Source: Victivallaceae bacterium (lineage in GTDB: Bacteria; Verrucomicrobiota; Lentisphaeria; Victivallales; Victivallaceae). From it: a stretch of 64,000 nt of DNA. The stretch spans positions 51,116 through 115,115 of the forward strand of contig JAYFQV010000009.1 of the NCBI GenBank assembly GCA_034926605.1, given 5' to 3'. The position numbers and the translations under genes are program-made. This document shows, piece by piece, positions 1-10,279 of the stretch (position 1 is the stretch's first letter; each line of letters begins with the position of its first letter). Below the pieces are notes generated by a model. It ran no database searches, had not been told where the DNA came from, and worked only from the letters and a program-made list of their open reading frames with translations.

Positions 1-3000
1 ATTCTTCGCGGCATTCTTGATCGCCGATTCGGCGGCGTCCTCGCCGCCGGAGAGTCCGCGGGTGGAAAGTTTTTCGCACAGGAACGGCACGCCTTTGTTC
101 ATGAACAGCGAAAGCCCGCCGGATTCCAGCGCGCCCTTCCAGCCGCCCTGCTGATAGCCGTCGTAGGTGCTCCAGGCGATGTCGACCGCGTCAGAGTACA
201 TGGTGACGGTGCGTTTGACTCCCTCGGTCAGCCCCCCCTCGGCGGTGCCGGTGGTGAACTGGTAGGCCAGCGCGATCGCCTGCGGCCCGCCGAACATCGA
301 GCAGAAGGCCATGCCGGTGTCGGCGCCGGCCTTGACGTTGGTGGCGGCGTTGAGCTTGAATTCGGCCCAGGCGATTTCCTCGTCGTTTTTGGCTTCGGTG
401 GCCAACTGGCGGCCGTAGCGCTGGAGGTCGAGCGCTTTGTTGAGTTGAGCCCAACGGTCGGGATTGAGCGGGTCTTCGCGGTTGATTTTGTCGATAATGG
501 AGTAGACTTTTTCCTTTTGGGGCCCGTCCAGCTCCTTCAGGTAGAAATCGACATATTGCTGCTGCCGTTTGAGCATCTGTGCGTTGCGGATCATCTTTTC
601 GGTGTTCTCGCGCATCTGGAGTTGGCACATATCGTCGAACGGGGTTCGGCTGGCCACGAAGGTGCCGGTCTTTACCGCGTTGATGCGATCCTGCTCATAT
701 ATCGCGTCGCTCTGTGCCTGGATACGCTGGAACTCCAGCGCGGCTAGACGGCTCTGGTCTCCTGATTTCCTGGCTTCGGTGATTTCGGCGTTGATTTTTT
801 CTTCGCATTTCTTGAGATAATCGATATTGGACTTGTGAAAAGCCATCTCTTCTTCGCGCGCCTTCGATTCCTCGCGGGCGGCGGTTTCCGCCGCGTCGAC
901 GGCGGCGGTCGACTTGCCGTGAATATCGGAAACCGCGGCGGCGACCGCCTCGGAGTCGGACGGTTCGTTTTTATGGCGTTCGGCATCCAAGGTGTTGGCG
1001 GCGGCGTTGGCTTCGTCTTCTTCCATGATTACGCGCTTATAGCGGTACTTGACGGCTGCGGGGTCATTGCCGTCCGCGGCTCGGCTGCACCAGAACACAA
1101 GTTCGGGTTCGCCATGGATGCGGAACGAAAAGTCAAATTTCTGGGTTTTCGGTTGCGGGTTTTCGCGGCCGAAAAACGTGAACGCGTGATAGTTCAACAG
1201 TCCTGTACCGGCGTTCATGGTAACATCCTGAAGCCGTTTCCTCAGCACATCAAGTCCGCCGTCTATTTTTTCCGAACCGGTTATTGTAAAGCTGAACGTT
1301 TCCGTGGCCGGAACCACCGACGGCGGCATCGACCAAGAGAAGGAGCGTTCGACCGTCATTGAATCAAGTACCCCGATGCCGTCCTCTCCTTCTGCCAGCA
1401 CCCTGAAACGGGCCTTGCCGGTGCGGGAATTGTTGCCGTTGGCCACCACGATGGAGTCTTTCTTGACATAAGGACCGCACAATTCGTCTTTCTTGGCCAT
1501 AGCGTCGTATACGGTGGATCCTACAAGGTCAACATAGACTATGCCGTCATGCGTGTTGAACGGGCCGGGCTGCCGTTCCACTCCCTGGTAAACCCAGAAT
1601 ATTTGATTGGCCGCGGCGGGTTTCGGCAGCGTCAGCTGGCGGGCGAAGCACTCAAATGCTTTGCGGCATTTCTCGAATTCTTCCATAATCACCGCGCTTC
1701 CGTATTCCCGGTAGAAATTCTGCTTTTCTTCCAGCGTTTTGCCGGTGATGGTAACGGCGCCATCGGGGAGGAACAGCCCGTTATAATGGGTGTTGGTCGG
1801 CTTCATTATCTGTACTTTGCCCCGCGGCTCCATTTCTGCGGCCGACGCCTTGCCGGCGATCGCGGCCGGCATTATTTCATCGACATAACGTGAGGCATTT
1901 TTCAGCGCGTTGGGGCCGCAGAAGCTGAGGGTATAAGTTTCCCAGCGCAGCGAACCATCGGGCTGCGGGATGAATCGCTCCATGGTGGTGCCGTCGTCTG
2001 GATAGAATATCAGTGCGCCGTCCGGTTCCACCTGGGCGACAAATTCACTGGCGCTCCACGACGGATCGTATTCCGAGTCTTCGTAATCGGCGCGGTAGAC
2101 GATAACATGGTTCTGGTCCACACTTCCGACGACCTTGAAATAAACGGTCGGCCGGGTGAAATGGTAGTCGAAACTTATCGGTTTTTGCCCGATGCTTGCA
2201 AGATAGTCCTTGTCGGCATAGACGTTATACGAGAATTCGCCCGGAACAAGCTTGTTGTCGGTGCCGTATTTCGGCGTGATCTCAACCATATATTCGGTGA
2301 AGGTGTATTCGCCGTCTATTTCGAGATCGGGCGCCTTTGACAGCCCGAAGACCTCGGCGACGGTTTTTTTGGCGGAGCGATAACTTTGCGACGCCTCTTC
2401 TTTCAGCGCCGACGGATTCGGCGGGTCGCCCAGCTTCTCCAGTTTCGCCAGCGACTCCTTCATCGCCTTTTCGATGGATTTCATGGCGGCGGCCTGCTTG
2501 CCGGCCTCGCTCATCAATTCATTGGCGGCCTCATAGTCGCCGAAGCTGCGGGCGGTGACGGCCTCTCCGGCCGCCGCGTCATATGCCTGGATCGCCGTCA
2601 CCATCGAAGTGCGCAGGTCCAATATTCGGTTGACCAGCGGGGCGGCGGACTTGAGATAGTCGAGCACCTTGGGATCGGGGTAGTCGGCTACGGCGCTCCA
2701 TTTCTTCTCGAATTCCTTCTCGCCTTCCGGCGTGAGTTCGCCTGCAAGTTCGCGCATGGCGGCTTTGACCGCCGTGGCGGCGGCCTTGTAGTTGGCTTCG
2801 TTGATGCTGGAAAGGTCTATCGCCGGGGCTGGCGGCTTCACCGGGCCGAACTCCGGCACCGGGCGCGGTTTGTACTTTTTGAACGCGCGATCGGCATTGT
2901 CGAGGTCGCAGAACCGCTTCATGGCGTCGCCGCCGCCAACTGCTTCCTTTTTACCGCCGGACGCGAATGAAATTTTGGAGACCATCGCGCGGAAATCGGC

Positions 3001-3405
3001 GTTGAAATCCTTGCTGCGATGAAAATTGAAATGCACCGGCCAGACCAGCCCGTCGCGGATGACGAATCCGGAGTAGAGCATCGAGCCGTCGGGGTCCGGC
3101 TCCCCGGCGCCGCGCCAGGTGTCGCCGCCGAGATCCAGCTTCATGACAAGCTTGCCCTTCAGCATGTAGTCGACCACTTCCTCCGGCTTCCGTCCCTTGC
3201 AGTCGACGCCGTTAAGCGGAGCGATCAGGAACACGCCCTCGGTGTTGGGCACCGGGATGAAACAACCGGCAAACCCCTCGATGGCGAGGTCGGTCTGAAT
3301 TTCCGGTTTCAGCTCGTCTGGCACCTCCAACACCCCCACCTGCACGGCATGCAGAAGCATGAGTGGCATTGCCGCCGCCATAAGCATCGCCAGTATTTTC
3401 TTCAT
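1..3405 (-). CDS. Large secreted protein of unknown function, with no domains I recognise. The N-terminus lies in the window and the gene runs off the window start, so the product is more than 1,130 aa.
   Basis: Manual reverse-strand translation from ATG at 3405 (AGGAGGG RBS at about 3412-3424) gives MKKILAMLMAAAMPLMLLHAVQ..., which reads as a signal peptide. The frame stays open with no stop all the way to position 1. The supplied ORF track omits it because the ORF has no stop inside the window. The plus-strand ORFs at 445-3439 are antisense to it. Confidence 0.7.
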   Translation of the reverse strand, partial: MKKILAMLMAAAMPLMLLHAVQVGVLEVPDELKPEIQTDLAIEGFAGCFIPVPNTEGVFLIAPLNGVDCKGRKPEEVVDYMLKGKLVMKLDLGGDTWRGAGEPDPDGSMLYSGFVIRDGLVWPVHFNFHRSKDFNADFRAMVSKISFASGGKKEAVGGGDAMKRFCDLDNADRAFKKYKPRPVPEFGPVKPPAPAIDLSSINEANYKAAATAVKAAMRELAGELTPEGEKEFEKKWSAVADYPDPKVLDYLKSAAPLVNRILDLRTSMVTAIQAYDAAAGEAVTARSFGDYEAANELMSEAGKQAAAMKSIEKAMKESLAKLEKLGDPPNPSALKEEASQSYRSAKKTVAEVFGLSKAPDLEIDGEYTFTEYMVEITPKYGTDNKLVPGEFSYNVYADKDYLASIGQKPISFDYHFTRPTVYFKVVGSVDQNHVIVYRADYEDSEYDPSWSASEFVAQVEPDGALIFYPDDGTTMERFIPQPDGSLRWETYTLSFCGPNALKNASRYVDEIMPAAIAGKASAAEMEPRGKVQIMKPTNTHYNGLFLPDGAVTITGKTLEEKQNFYREYGSAVIMEEFEKCRKAFECFARQLTLPKPAAANQIFWVYQGVERQPGPFNTHDGIVYVDLVGSTVYDAMAKKDELCGPYVKKDSIVVANGNNSRTGKARFRVLAEGEDGIGVLDSMTVERSFSWSMPPSVVPATETFSFTITGSEKIDGGLDVLRKRLQDVTMNAGTGLLNYHAFTFFGRENPQPKTQKFDFSFRIHGEPELVFWCSRAADGNDPAAVKYRYKRVIMEEDEANAAANTLDAERHKNEPSDSEAVAAAVSDIHGKSTAAVDAAETAAREESKAREEEMAFHKSNIDYLKKCEEKINAEITEARKSGDQSRLAALEFQRIQAQSDAIYEQDRINAVKTGTFVASRTPFDDMCQLQMRENTEKMIRNAQMLKRQQQYVDFYLKELDGPQKEKVYSIIDKINREDPLNPDRWAQLNKALDLQRYGRQLATEAKNDEEIAWAEFKLNAATNVKAGADTGMAFCSMFGGPQAIALAYQFTTGTAEGGLTEGVKRTVTMYSDAVDIAWSTYDGYQQGGWKGALESGGLSLFMNKGVPFLCEKLSTRGLSGGEDAAESAIKNAAKN

Positions 3406-3486
3406 CTCTTCTGCCCTCCTTCTTGACTTGGGTTACCAACCGCCGTCGTCCCTGTTGCCATCAGAAATGATGAACCGCCGCTTCCG

Positions 3487-4782
3487 TTATTTCTCCTTTT
3501 TGGGAATCACGAAAACAAAATCGGACGGAACCGAAAACTCGAGTTCAAGCGCGTCGCCGCGTTTGCCGAACGACTCGATCGGGAATATCTGAATCTTATA
3601 ATCCTCGCCCGGTATAAGCAGGTCCGGCGGCAGCGTAAACTCCGGATGGGGGGACATGCGGTCGATCCCGCGGTAGAAGTCGGAGAAATACAGCAGTTCG
3701 GTGATGGGTTCGGATTCTCCGGGATGGAACACTTTGATCGCGTATGAGTGTACGAAGTCCGGATGCTTTGCCGCATCGAAAGCAACGAATGCGTTACCAC
3801 GGCGGAAATCAATCGTGGGAGCCGCGGCGAAGAACGGCCATTCGGGAGCTTCGCGCTCTTCGGCGCGCGCGGCGGAATATACCGGAGCGTTTTTGTCGTA
3901 CGGCAGTTCGACGACCCATGGCTCATCCGGTTTGATCTCCTTGCCCTCGCGAACGTTGAGGCGGGTCATCTCAACGCGGTTCTTGTAGATTTCCATGTAT
4001 ATCATCTGTACGCAGTCGCTGGCGTGCGGCGGCACCGAACCGTTGACTTTTCCTTTCTCCATCTCGCAATAATTGAGACTGGAGGTCCCGGCGGCGGTGA
4101 AGTCGCCCTGCCAGATCGTGCGTTCATCCTCCAGCGGATAGTGGGAGTGGCCGGAAAAGGCGATCACCTGCGGATAATCCTTCAGCATATCGAAAATGTC
4201 GGAGTTGCCCCAGGCGTCGCTGCCGTAGACGGTGTTGGCCGGGTGCTGGTGGGTAATCACGAAGATCGGCTTATGGGGATCGCGTTTTACGGCCAGCTTA
4301 AGGTTTTCCGCCATAAGTTTCTTGGTGTTTTCCGAGTAGACGCCGTTGCACTCGCCTGCGTCCGGGCTCATTGCGATGAAGTCGTATTCATTTATGACCA
4401 TATGGTAAACGTCGGCGTGGCCCTGGCCGGTGCCGAGGCAGAAGGTCGCTATGGAGGTTTCCGGCGGAGTGTCCTTCTTCCAGAAATCGTGGTTGCCCAT
4501 CACCTGGAGCGTCCACGGCGGGCGGTCGCGGAACACGCGCGAAAAGATCGCGCGGTAATTGTCATAGACCTCTTCCTGCCCGGCGTTGGCGAGGTCGCCG
4601 CCGATCAGCAGCACGTCGATGTTGCGGTCTTTGAGCTGTTCGAACGCGAGTTCCAGGTTTTCCATGCCGTAATCGTTGGCGGCGGGGGTTCCCTGTACGT
4701 CGCTGACTATGCCGACACGCAAATTCGGCCCGGCGGCGCATCCGGTTACAAGCGCCGCCAGAGCAATGGCTGCAAACTTCAT
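3487..4782 (-). CDS. Calcineurin-like metallophosphoesterase lipoprotein
   Basis: 431-aa ORF. N-terminus MKFAAIALAALVTGC carries a lipobox. Metallophosphoesterase motifs GDLAN, GNHD and GHSH are present. Confidence 0.7.
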   Translation of the reverse strand: MKFAAIALAALVTGCAAGPNLRVGIVSDVQGTPAANDYGMENLELAFEQLKDRNIDVLLIGGDLANAGQEEVYDNYRAIFSRVFRDRPPWTLQVMGNHDFWKKDTPPETSIATFCLGTGQGHADVYHMVINEYDFIAMSPDAGECNGVYSENTKKLMAENLKLAVKRDPHKPIFVITHQHPANTVYGSDAWGNSDIFDMLKDYPQVIAFSGHSHYPLEDERTIWQGDFTAAGTSSLNYCEMEKGKVNGSVPPHASDCVQMIYMEIYKNRVEMTRLNVREGKEIKPDEPWVVELPYDKNAPVYSAARAEEREAPEWPFFAAAPTIDFRRGNAFVAFDAAKHPDFVHSYAIKVFHPGESEPITELLYFSDFYRGIDRMSPHPEFTLPPDLLIPGEDYKIQIFPIESFGKRGDALELEFSVPSDFVFVIPKKEK

Positions 4783-4815
4783 TGATTTCCTCTCAAAAGT
4801 TATATAACATACTTG

Positions 4816-5538
4816 TCATTCTACTATATATCCGTCGGCACTTTTTTCAAGCCTGCAGAAAATGGCGATTGCTTTCAGAAATCTTTCGCGGGCATGTTTT
4901 TCCCGCCACGGGGTGTGTCCGCAACGCTGGAATATGTGGAATTCCGGGGCCATGTCTTCCAGCGGTTCGATTACTCCGGCGGCCGGATGCGGATCCTCTG
5001 CTCCGTGGAAAATGGCGATGGGACAGCTTATTTTTCGGAATGCCGCCAAAAGTTCGCCGCTGCGGCGCATCGCGGCGGCTTCCGGCCATATTACGTCATA
5101 CTGGGCCTGTTCGAACCGGCATTCGGAGCCGGGCAATGAATCTACCGAGTCGGCCGCTTCGGCCAAAGCAGATATTTCAGCCGGGTCTCCGCCGGAGGCG
5201 AGCAGTCGCTCGAAGCGGGCGGCGCGTTCGCTGCCGAGGTTGGCGGCGCGGCGCGCGGCGATCTGCGGGACATAGGATTCCAGCAGCGGCCCGCTGCCGA
5301 CCAGCGCCACTTTTTCCGCCAGTTCCGGGTGGGTCGCGGCGCAAAGTCCGGCCAGCCAGGCGCCCCAGGAGTGGCCGATCAGGATGCTGCCGGGTTCGAG
5401 TGCCGCCGCCAGCTCCTCCACCATGCCGCCTACCGACATCGCCTCCTGTTGCGGCGCGACCGCTCCGGGGAGCATGGCGGCAAGATCGTCGGCGCTGCCG
5501 TGTGCACCGGGGCCGCCATGGATTATTGCGAGTGTCAT
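4816..5538 (-). CDS. Alpha/beta-fold hydrolase
   Basis: 240 aa. Contains a nucleophile elbow GHSWGA and a C-terminal HG...H region. Start lies 4 nt downstream of the stop of the upstream gene. Confidence 0.6.
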   Translation of the reverse strand: MTLAIIHGGPGAHGSADDLAAMLPGAVAPQQEAMSVGGMVEELAAALEPGSILIGHSWGAWLAGLCAATHPELAEKVALVGSGPLLESYVPQIAARRAANLGSERAARFERLLASGGDPAEISALAEAADSVDSLPGSECRFEQAQYDVIWPEAAAMRRSGELLAAFRKISCPIAIFHGAEDPHPAAGVIEPLEDMAPEFHIFQRCGHTPWREKHARERFLKAIAIFCRLEKSADGYIVE

Positions 5539-5541
5539 CGG

Positions 5542-6633
5542 TCAGAATCCTCCGGGAACGCTGATGGAGAGTGCCGGTTCGGCGGCTTCCGCTGTGTCGG
5601 AGTCGTCATCCGTGGATTCCACCGGCCTGGCAACCATGGACAGCACCTGTTCGCAGCGGCCGCAGTGAGTGCAGTTGGAGGCGCACTTTGCGGCGATGCC
5701 GCTGGCGGCCCAGTCGGCCGGGAACGCGGTGTTGTCGAACCTGACCTTCGGTTTGTATTGGAATCCGGGGTCGATGAGTTCGAGCAGGTCGCCGTCCCAG
5801 CGGCGTTCGGCGTATGCCTTGACGATCTTCGCGGGGTAGGCAACGTCGCGAGTGGAGAGCTTGAAGCATTTGATGTAAGGTTCGAACAGATGGAGGTCTT
5901 CCGGACGGATCCAGGTGGTGCGCAGAAACTCGACGTAACGGCCGGAGGAATACATCCGGGTGCACAGCGCCAGATCGAACCCGGCATTGTTGCAGTCGCG
6001 GCAGGCTTTGGAGAATCCGTGGGAGAGCAGTGTGGCATGGAACGGCTGCCACGGACAGTCATGCAGGCAGTTGCTGTTGACCAGCATGCAGACCTCCTTG
6101 CCGTTTTTTGCCGCCCATTCGGAGTACATCCTCACGGTCGGCAGATCGCGCTGCCAGTCGCGTCGCATGTAGAACGAATCGAAGTATTCCGAGGCATATT
6201 CCATCGCCAGTGTCGAATTCAGCCGCGATACCACCGAGGCGCGCACGTCCGTCTGAGGAAAATATTTTTTCACCACCATCGCGATGAAAGGCGAGGTGGT
6301 GGTGACGACTTCCGGCAGCAGGCCGCCGTCCTTGAAGTTTTTCAGCGCGTCGCGCACCGTGTTTTCGAGCTCCCGCGAACAGGAGTTGTCGCCATAGCAC
6401 AGCGCATTTAGAAGCAGGTCCAGTACCACACCGTTTTCGCGGCACCGGCGCAGGTCGCGCGCCAGTTGTTGTTGCTGCTGGTGCGGCGCCACTGGAGATC
6501 GGCGGGAAGTGAGCAGTCCCGGCCAGGAATAGTAAACTTCCCGTATGCGCTCGAAGTAAGGTTCCACCGTCGGAATGAACGGATCGGCGAAAAAGTGCCC
6601 GACGGCAAGATTGCGTTTCGAATCGTTGCCCAT
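5542..6633 (-). CDS. Hypothetical protein, possibly peptidase-U32-like, with a C-terminal Cys cluster
   Basis: 363 aa. The segment LHLFEPYIKCFKLSTRDVAYPAKIVKAY resembles the U32 L..lpeL...slKIEGR...Y motif. C-terminal CASNCTHCGRCEQV cysteine cluster. Assignment is weak. Confidence 0.35.
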   Translation of the reverse strand: MGNDSKRNLAVGHFFADPFIPTVEPYFERIREVYYSWPGLLTSRRSPVAPHQQQQQLARDLRRCRENGVVLDLLLNALCYGDNSCSRELENTVRDALKNFKDGGLLPEVVTTTSPFIAMVVKKYFPQTDVRASVVSRLNSTLAMEYASEYFDSFYMRRDWQRDLPTVRMYSEWAAKNGKEVCMLVNSNCLHDCPWQPFHATLLSHGFSKACRDCNNAGFDLALCTRMYSSGRYVEFLRTTWIRPEDLHLFEPYIKCFKLSTRDVAYPAKIVKAYAERRWDGDLLELIDPGFQYKPKVRFDNTAFPADWAASGIAAKCASNCTHCGRCEQVLSMVARPVESTDDDSDTAEAAEPALSISVPGGF

Positions 6634-6672
6634 GTTTTGAATCCCCCTTTTGGAGGAATACTATAGTACGCG

Positions 6673-7872
6673 TTATTGATTTTTGCAAATCGACGGTTTC
6701 CGGTTGTCGATTGCTATCAGTGCGGCGGTTATGAGAAAACATACAGGCGCCGTCAGCATAGCGGCGCGGATGCCGAAAAGATCGCCGAGGTGCCCCAGCA
6801 GAACGGAGAAAATACCGCATCCCGGAATGCCGGAAGCCGAAAGCACGATGAATATCTGGGTCGAGTTGCGGTCGGGAAGCCGTCTCATGCACAGGGTCTC
6901 GATGGTCGGCCACAGGGGGCCGGTTCCGGTTCCGGCAGCAAAAAGCAGCGGGAAAACCCATATTTTCGAAGACGTCCATGCAAATGCCAATGAAGCCGCC
7001 GCCGCCAGCAGAGAGGACATTATCAGCAGCCGTGGTGCGAAACGGTCATGAACGAATATGCCGGCAAACATTCTGCTGGTCATCATTCCCAGCGCGAACA
7101 CCGCCGCCGCCATTCCCGCCGCCGCGGCGGAAGTGCCGAACGCCAGCTGCACGAAAGCCGGACACCAGAACGACAGGCCGAATCCGCAGCCGCCCGCCAG
7201 AAAAAGCGCGGTCAGATAGATGTAAAACCGCGGCGTTTTCAACAGCAGCACGGTGTCGGGGATCACATTCCGGCCGCCGTCGGCCGATCCTTCCGGAATC
7301 GCCTTGGTGTCCGGAACCAGCAGCATCAGCCCGGATACTAGACCGCATGCCGATACCGACATGATGATTATCCGCCATCCGATTCCCAATTCAAGCAACC
7401 AGCCGCCAAGTACGGTGGCGAGCACCAGACCTCCGGACCAGAACCCGTAAGTTATGTTCACATAGCGGCCCGGTTCCTCGGGGTGCAGCGCGGCCATCAT
7501 GGGGTTGGTCAGGCCTTCGACCACGCCTTCACCCAGTCCGGCAACCATCATTGCCGCCAGCAATATGTAATAATTGGAGGCGCCGGCGGCAAGCAGAACA
7601 CCAAGCGCCATAACCATCGCCGCCAGACCCACCGGTCGCCGTTTGCCGAAATGCGCGGCAACGAAGCCGCAGGCCAGCAGCATGGCGGTAATGGCAAACG
7701 AACGTATCAGCTGAAGCGAGCCGCCCATGCCCATGCCGCCGGAGGCCAGCGGAAACGCGAGATCGTCGGCGATCGAAACCAGGCACATCGGCACGATGAA
7801 CGAGCCCAGCGCATAGGCGGTGAACATCACGAATACGGCATAATCGCTGCGCGTGAAGTGAAGTTTACCCAT
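6673..7872 (-). CDS. MFS transporter
   Basis: 399 aa, about 12 predicted TM helices and an MFS-like GR/K loop. Overlaps hrpB by 8 nt. Confidence 0.7.
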   Translation of the reverse strand: MGKLHFTRSDYAVFVMFTAYALGSFIVPMCLVSIADDLAFPLASGGMGMGGSLQLIRSFAITAMLLACGFVAAHFGKRRPVGLAAMVMALGVLLAAGASNYYILLAAMMVAGLGEGVVEGLTNPMMAALHPEEPGRYVNITYGFWSGGLVLATVLGGWLLELGIGWRIIIMSVSACGLVSGLMLLVPDTKAIPEGSADGGRNVIPDTVLLLKTPRFYIYLTALFLAGGCGFGLSFWCPAFVQLAFGTSAAAAGMAAAVFALGMMTSRMFAGIFVHDRFAPRLLIMSSLLAAAASLAFAWTSSKIWVFPLLFAAGTGTGPLWPTIETLCMRRLPDRNSTQIFIVLSASGIPGCGIFSVLLGHLGDLFGIRAAMLTAPVCFLITAALIAIDNRKPSICKNQ

Positions 7873-10279
7873 TCCTATGTTTCTTTATGGTTCGGGAGGT
7901 CGGGGATTCGTTCGCGGGGTCGTCCGGCCACAGATGCTTCGGATAGCGCGACTTCATGTCTTTCTTCACCAGTTCCCAGCTGCCGCGCCAGAATCCGGGA
8001 AGGTCGGAAGTCACCTGAACCGGACGCATCGCGGGCGACAGCAGTTCCATGACCAGCGGGCGGCCGCCCGCGCGTGGATGGGTTTTGCAGCCGTAAAACT
8101 CCTGTACTTTTGCCGCCAGCTTCGGCGCGTCCCCGGAATAGTCTATGCGCAGGCGCGATCCGGCGGGAGTGGTGAAGTATTCGGGGCATACCGATTCAAG
8201 CTCGGCAAATTTTGCGTAACCCAGAAAGTCGCGTAAAACAGTGAACAGGTCGATTTTTGCAAGCTGGGCAAAACTGCGCGTCCGGCCCAGATGTGGCAAC
8301 AGCCATTCTTTCAGAGATGAAAGCAGAGCTTCGTCGCTCCAATCCGGGAATCCGGGTGCGAAGCGGACGCGTTCGCGCAGCGATGTCGCCTTGGGCGTCC
8401 AGTCCAACACCCGCAGGCCGTATTCGCGTACTGCGGCCAGCAGTGGCTCCGGCGGGACTTCGGCAAGCGGTGTTTCGGAGATCACGATGCTGCCAAGCCG
8501 GGTCTGTCTCACCGCGAAAGCCGCTTCGCGGCCGCGGTCGAATCCGGAGGTGATGACGGTAGTGAACCGCTCCGGGAATTTGGCCTGAAGATCGGCGACG
8601 TCAAGCCCGGCGGCGAGCCGGATAGCCGCGTCGCGCCCGGCGCCGTCGAGAGTGGCGACGGCAAGGAATTCAAACCGCTTAAGCGGGTCGTGCTCGGGCA
8701 CTCTGGCACCGCGACCGGAACTGGTCAGATAGTTTTCGGAATCCGGGGCACGGCGTTTTGCGATTCGGTCCGGATAGGCCAGCGCCAGCAGGGAACCGGT
8801 TTCGAACGGGTCGCACTCGCGGTAGCCGATGTTAAGTATGTTCAGAAGCTGGTCGCGCACCGTCCGGAACAGATATGGCGGCTTGCGGCGGCATCGCCCG
8901 ACCAATTCGGCCAGGTCGGTGACGGAATCACCGGAACGTTCTTCGATCAGGGCCGCCAGCTCGGCGGCGAGGGGAGCGAGTCCGGCGCGTCCGGCTGCCA
9001 CCAGCATCGCGCCGAGACGCGGATGCACCGGAAGCATGGCGGCGGCTCGGCCGTCGGAGGTGGGACGGCCGTTTTTTTCGGTCAGCGCCAGTTCGTTCAG
9101 CAGTTCGCGGGCGGCGGCCAGCGCCGGGGCGGGCGGCTGATCGAGCCATGTAAGTTCCTCCGGCGGCGTACCCCATACCGTCAGTTCAAGTGCAAGCCCG
9201 GAAAGTTCGGCGGCGAGTATTTCCGGGGTTGAAAATTCCGCCATCGCATCCTCGTCGAAAGCACTCCACAGGCGCAGACAAACTCCGGGCGCAAGCCTCC
9301 CGGCGCGTCCGGCGCGCTGTGCGGCCGAGGCGCGCGATATCCGCGCGGTTTCAAGCCGGGTGAGCCCGCTGGATGGATCGAAGCGGGGAGTGCGCTCGAA
9401 ACCGGAATCGACCACCATTCGAACGTCCTCGATGGTGAGACTGGTTTCGGCTATATTGGTGGCGAACACCAGCTTTCGGCGTCCGCTTGGGGAAGGTAGC
9501 AGCGCGGTCTCCTGCTCGTCGCGGTCGAGCGCGGCGTATAGTCTGCGCACGTCCAAGTCCGGCGGCGCCGCGATGCGGGCTTTGTCCGCCGCGGTGTCGA
9601 TCTCGAATGCGCCGGGCAGGAATACCAGACAACCGCCTGGTTCGGAGCGCATCAGCTCCAGTGCGGCGCCGGCGGCGAATGCCGGCAGTTCCCGCCGGTC
9701 GGTTGGCGGCCTCAGATAACGGTTTTCAACATTGAACATTTTGCCGGCGGCGGACACCTGCGGCGCGCCTAGCAGCGCGGCGATGCGCGAGGAGTCGATG
9801 GTGGCCGACATTACCAGTATGCGCAAGTCCGGCCTCAGGTTTCTGCGGGCGTCGAGGGTCAATGCCAGCGAAAGGTCGCATACCATGCTGCGTTCGTGAA
9901 ATTCGTCGAAGATGACCAACCCCACGCCGGCCAGCTCGGGATCGCGCTGGAGTCTGCGTACCAGAATGCCTTCAGTGACGATCTCCAGCCGGGTATGGGT
10001 TGAGGCGCGCCGTTCGCCGCGTACGGCATAGCCGACTTTGCCTCCAACTTCGCAGTTCAGCAGCGCCGCAATGCGGAACGCAGCGGCTTTCGCGGCTACC
10101 CGCCTTGGTTCGAGCATAAGGATTTTTTTGCCGTCAAGCCATTCCGCATCGAGCAGATTGGGCGCAAGAACGGTGGTTTTACCGCTTCCGGGCGGAGCCG
10201 AGAACACTGCGGCGCCGTTCTGTTCCAGCGCCGTCGAAAGCTCCGCCAACGCGTCCAGCGCCGGATAGCGGGCGTTCAT
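7865..10279 (-). CDS. hrpB: ATP-dependent RNA helicase HrpB (DEAH-box family)
   Basis: 804 aa. Walker A GSGKTT, DEFHER motif, HA2 region and a C-terminal HrpB-specific extension. Confidence 0.85.
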   Translation of the reverse strand: MNARYPALDALAELSTALEQNGAAVFSAPPGSGKTTVLAPNLLDAEWLDGKKILMLEPRRVAAKAAAFRIAALLNCEVGGKVGYAVRGERRASTHTRLEIVTEGILVRRLQRDPELAGVGLVIFDEFHERSMVCDLSLALTLDARRNLRPDLRILVMSATIDSSRIAALLGAPQVSAAGKMFNVENRYLRPPTDRRELPAFAAGAALELMRSEPGGCLVFLPGAFEIDTAADKARIAAPPDLDVRRLYAALDRDEQETALLPSPSGRRKLVFATNIAETSLTIEDVRMVVDSGFERTPRFDPSSGLTRLETARISRASAAQRAGRAGRLAPGVCLRLWSAFDEDAMAEFSTPEILAAELSGLALELTVWGTPPEELTWLDQPPAPALAAARELLNELALTEKNGRPTSDGRAAAMLPVHPRLGAMLVAAGRAGLAPLAAELAALIEERSGDSVTDLAELVGRCRRKPPYLFRTVRDQLLNILNIGYRECDPFETGSLLALAYPDRIAKRRAPDSENYLTSSGRGARVPEHDPLKRFEFLAVATLDGAGRDAAIRLAAGLDVADLQAKFPERFTTVITSGFDRGREAAFAVRQTRLGSIVISETPLAEVPPEPLLAAVREYGLRVLDWTPKATSLRERVRFAPGFPDWSDEALLSSLKEWLLPHLGRTRSFAQLAKIDLFTVLRDFLGYAKFAELESVCPEYFTTPAGSRLRIDYSGDAPKLAAKVQEFYGCKTHPRAGGRPLVMELLSPAMRPVQVTSDLPGFWRGSWELVKKDMKSRYPKHLWPDDPANESPTSRTIKKHRNG

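Noticed and set aside
445-3439. Several plus-strand ORFs (445-747, 835-1362, 2386-2970, 3019-3426 etc.) in the ORF track
   Set aside because: All lie antisense to, and inside, a single continuous minus-strand gene (<1..3405) that has an RBS and a signal peptide. The high GC content generates long spurious antisense ORFs.
5329-6411. 360-aa plus-strand ORF and 306-aa minus ORF at 6059-6979
   Set aside because: Antisense or alternate-frame to the U32-like and MFS genes. The products are Arg/Gly/Ala-rich low-complexity translations typical of wrong-frame high-GC ORFs.
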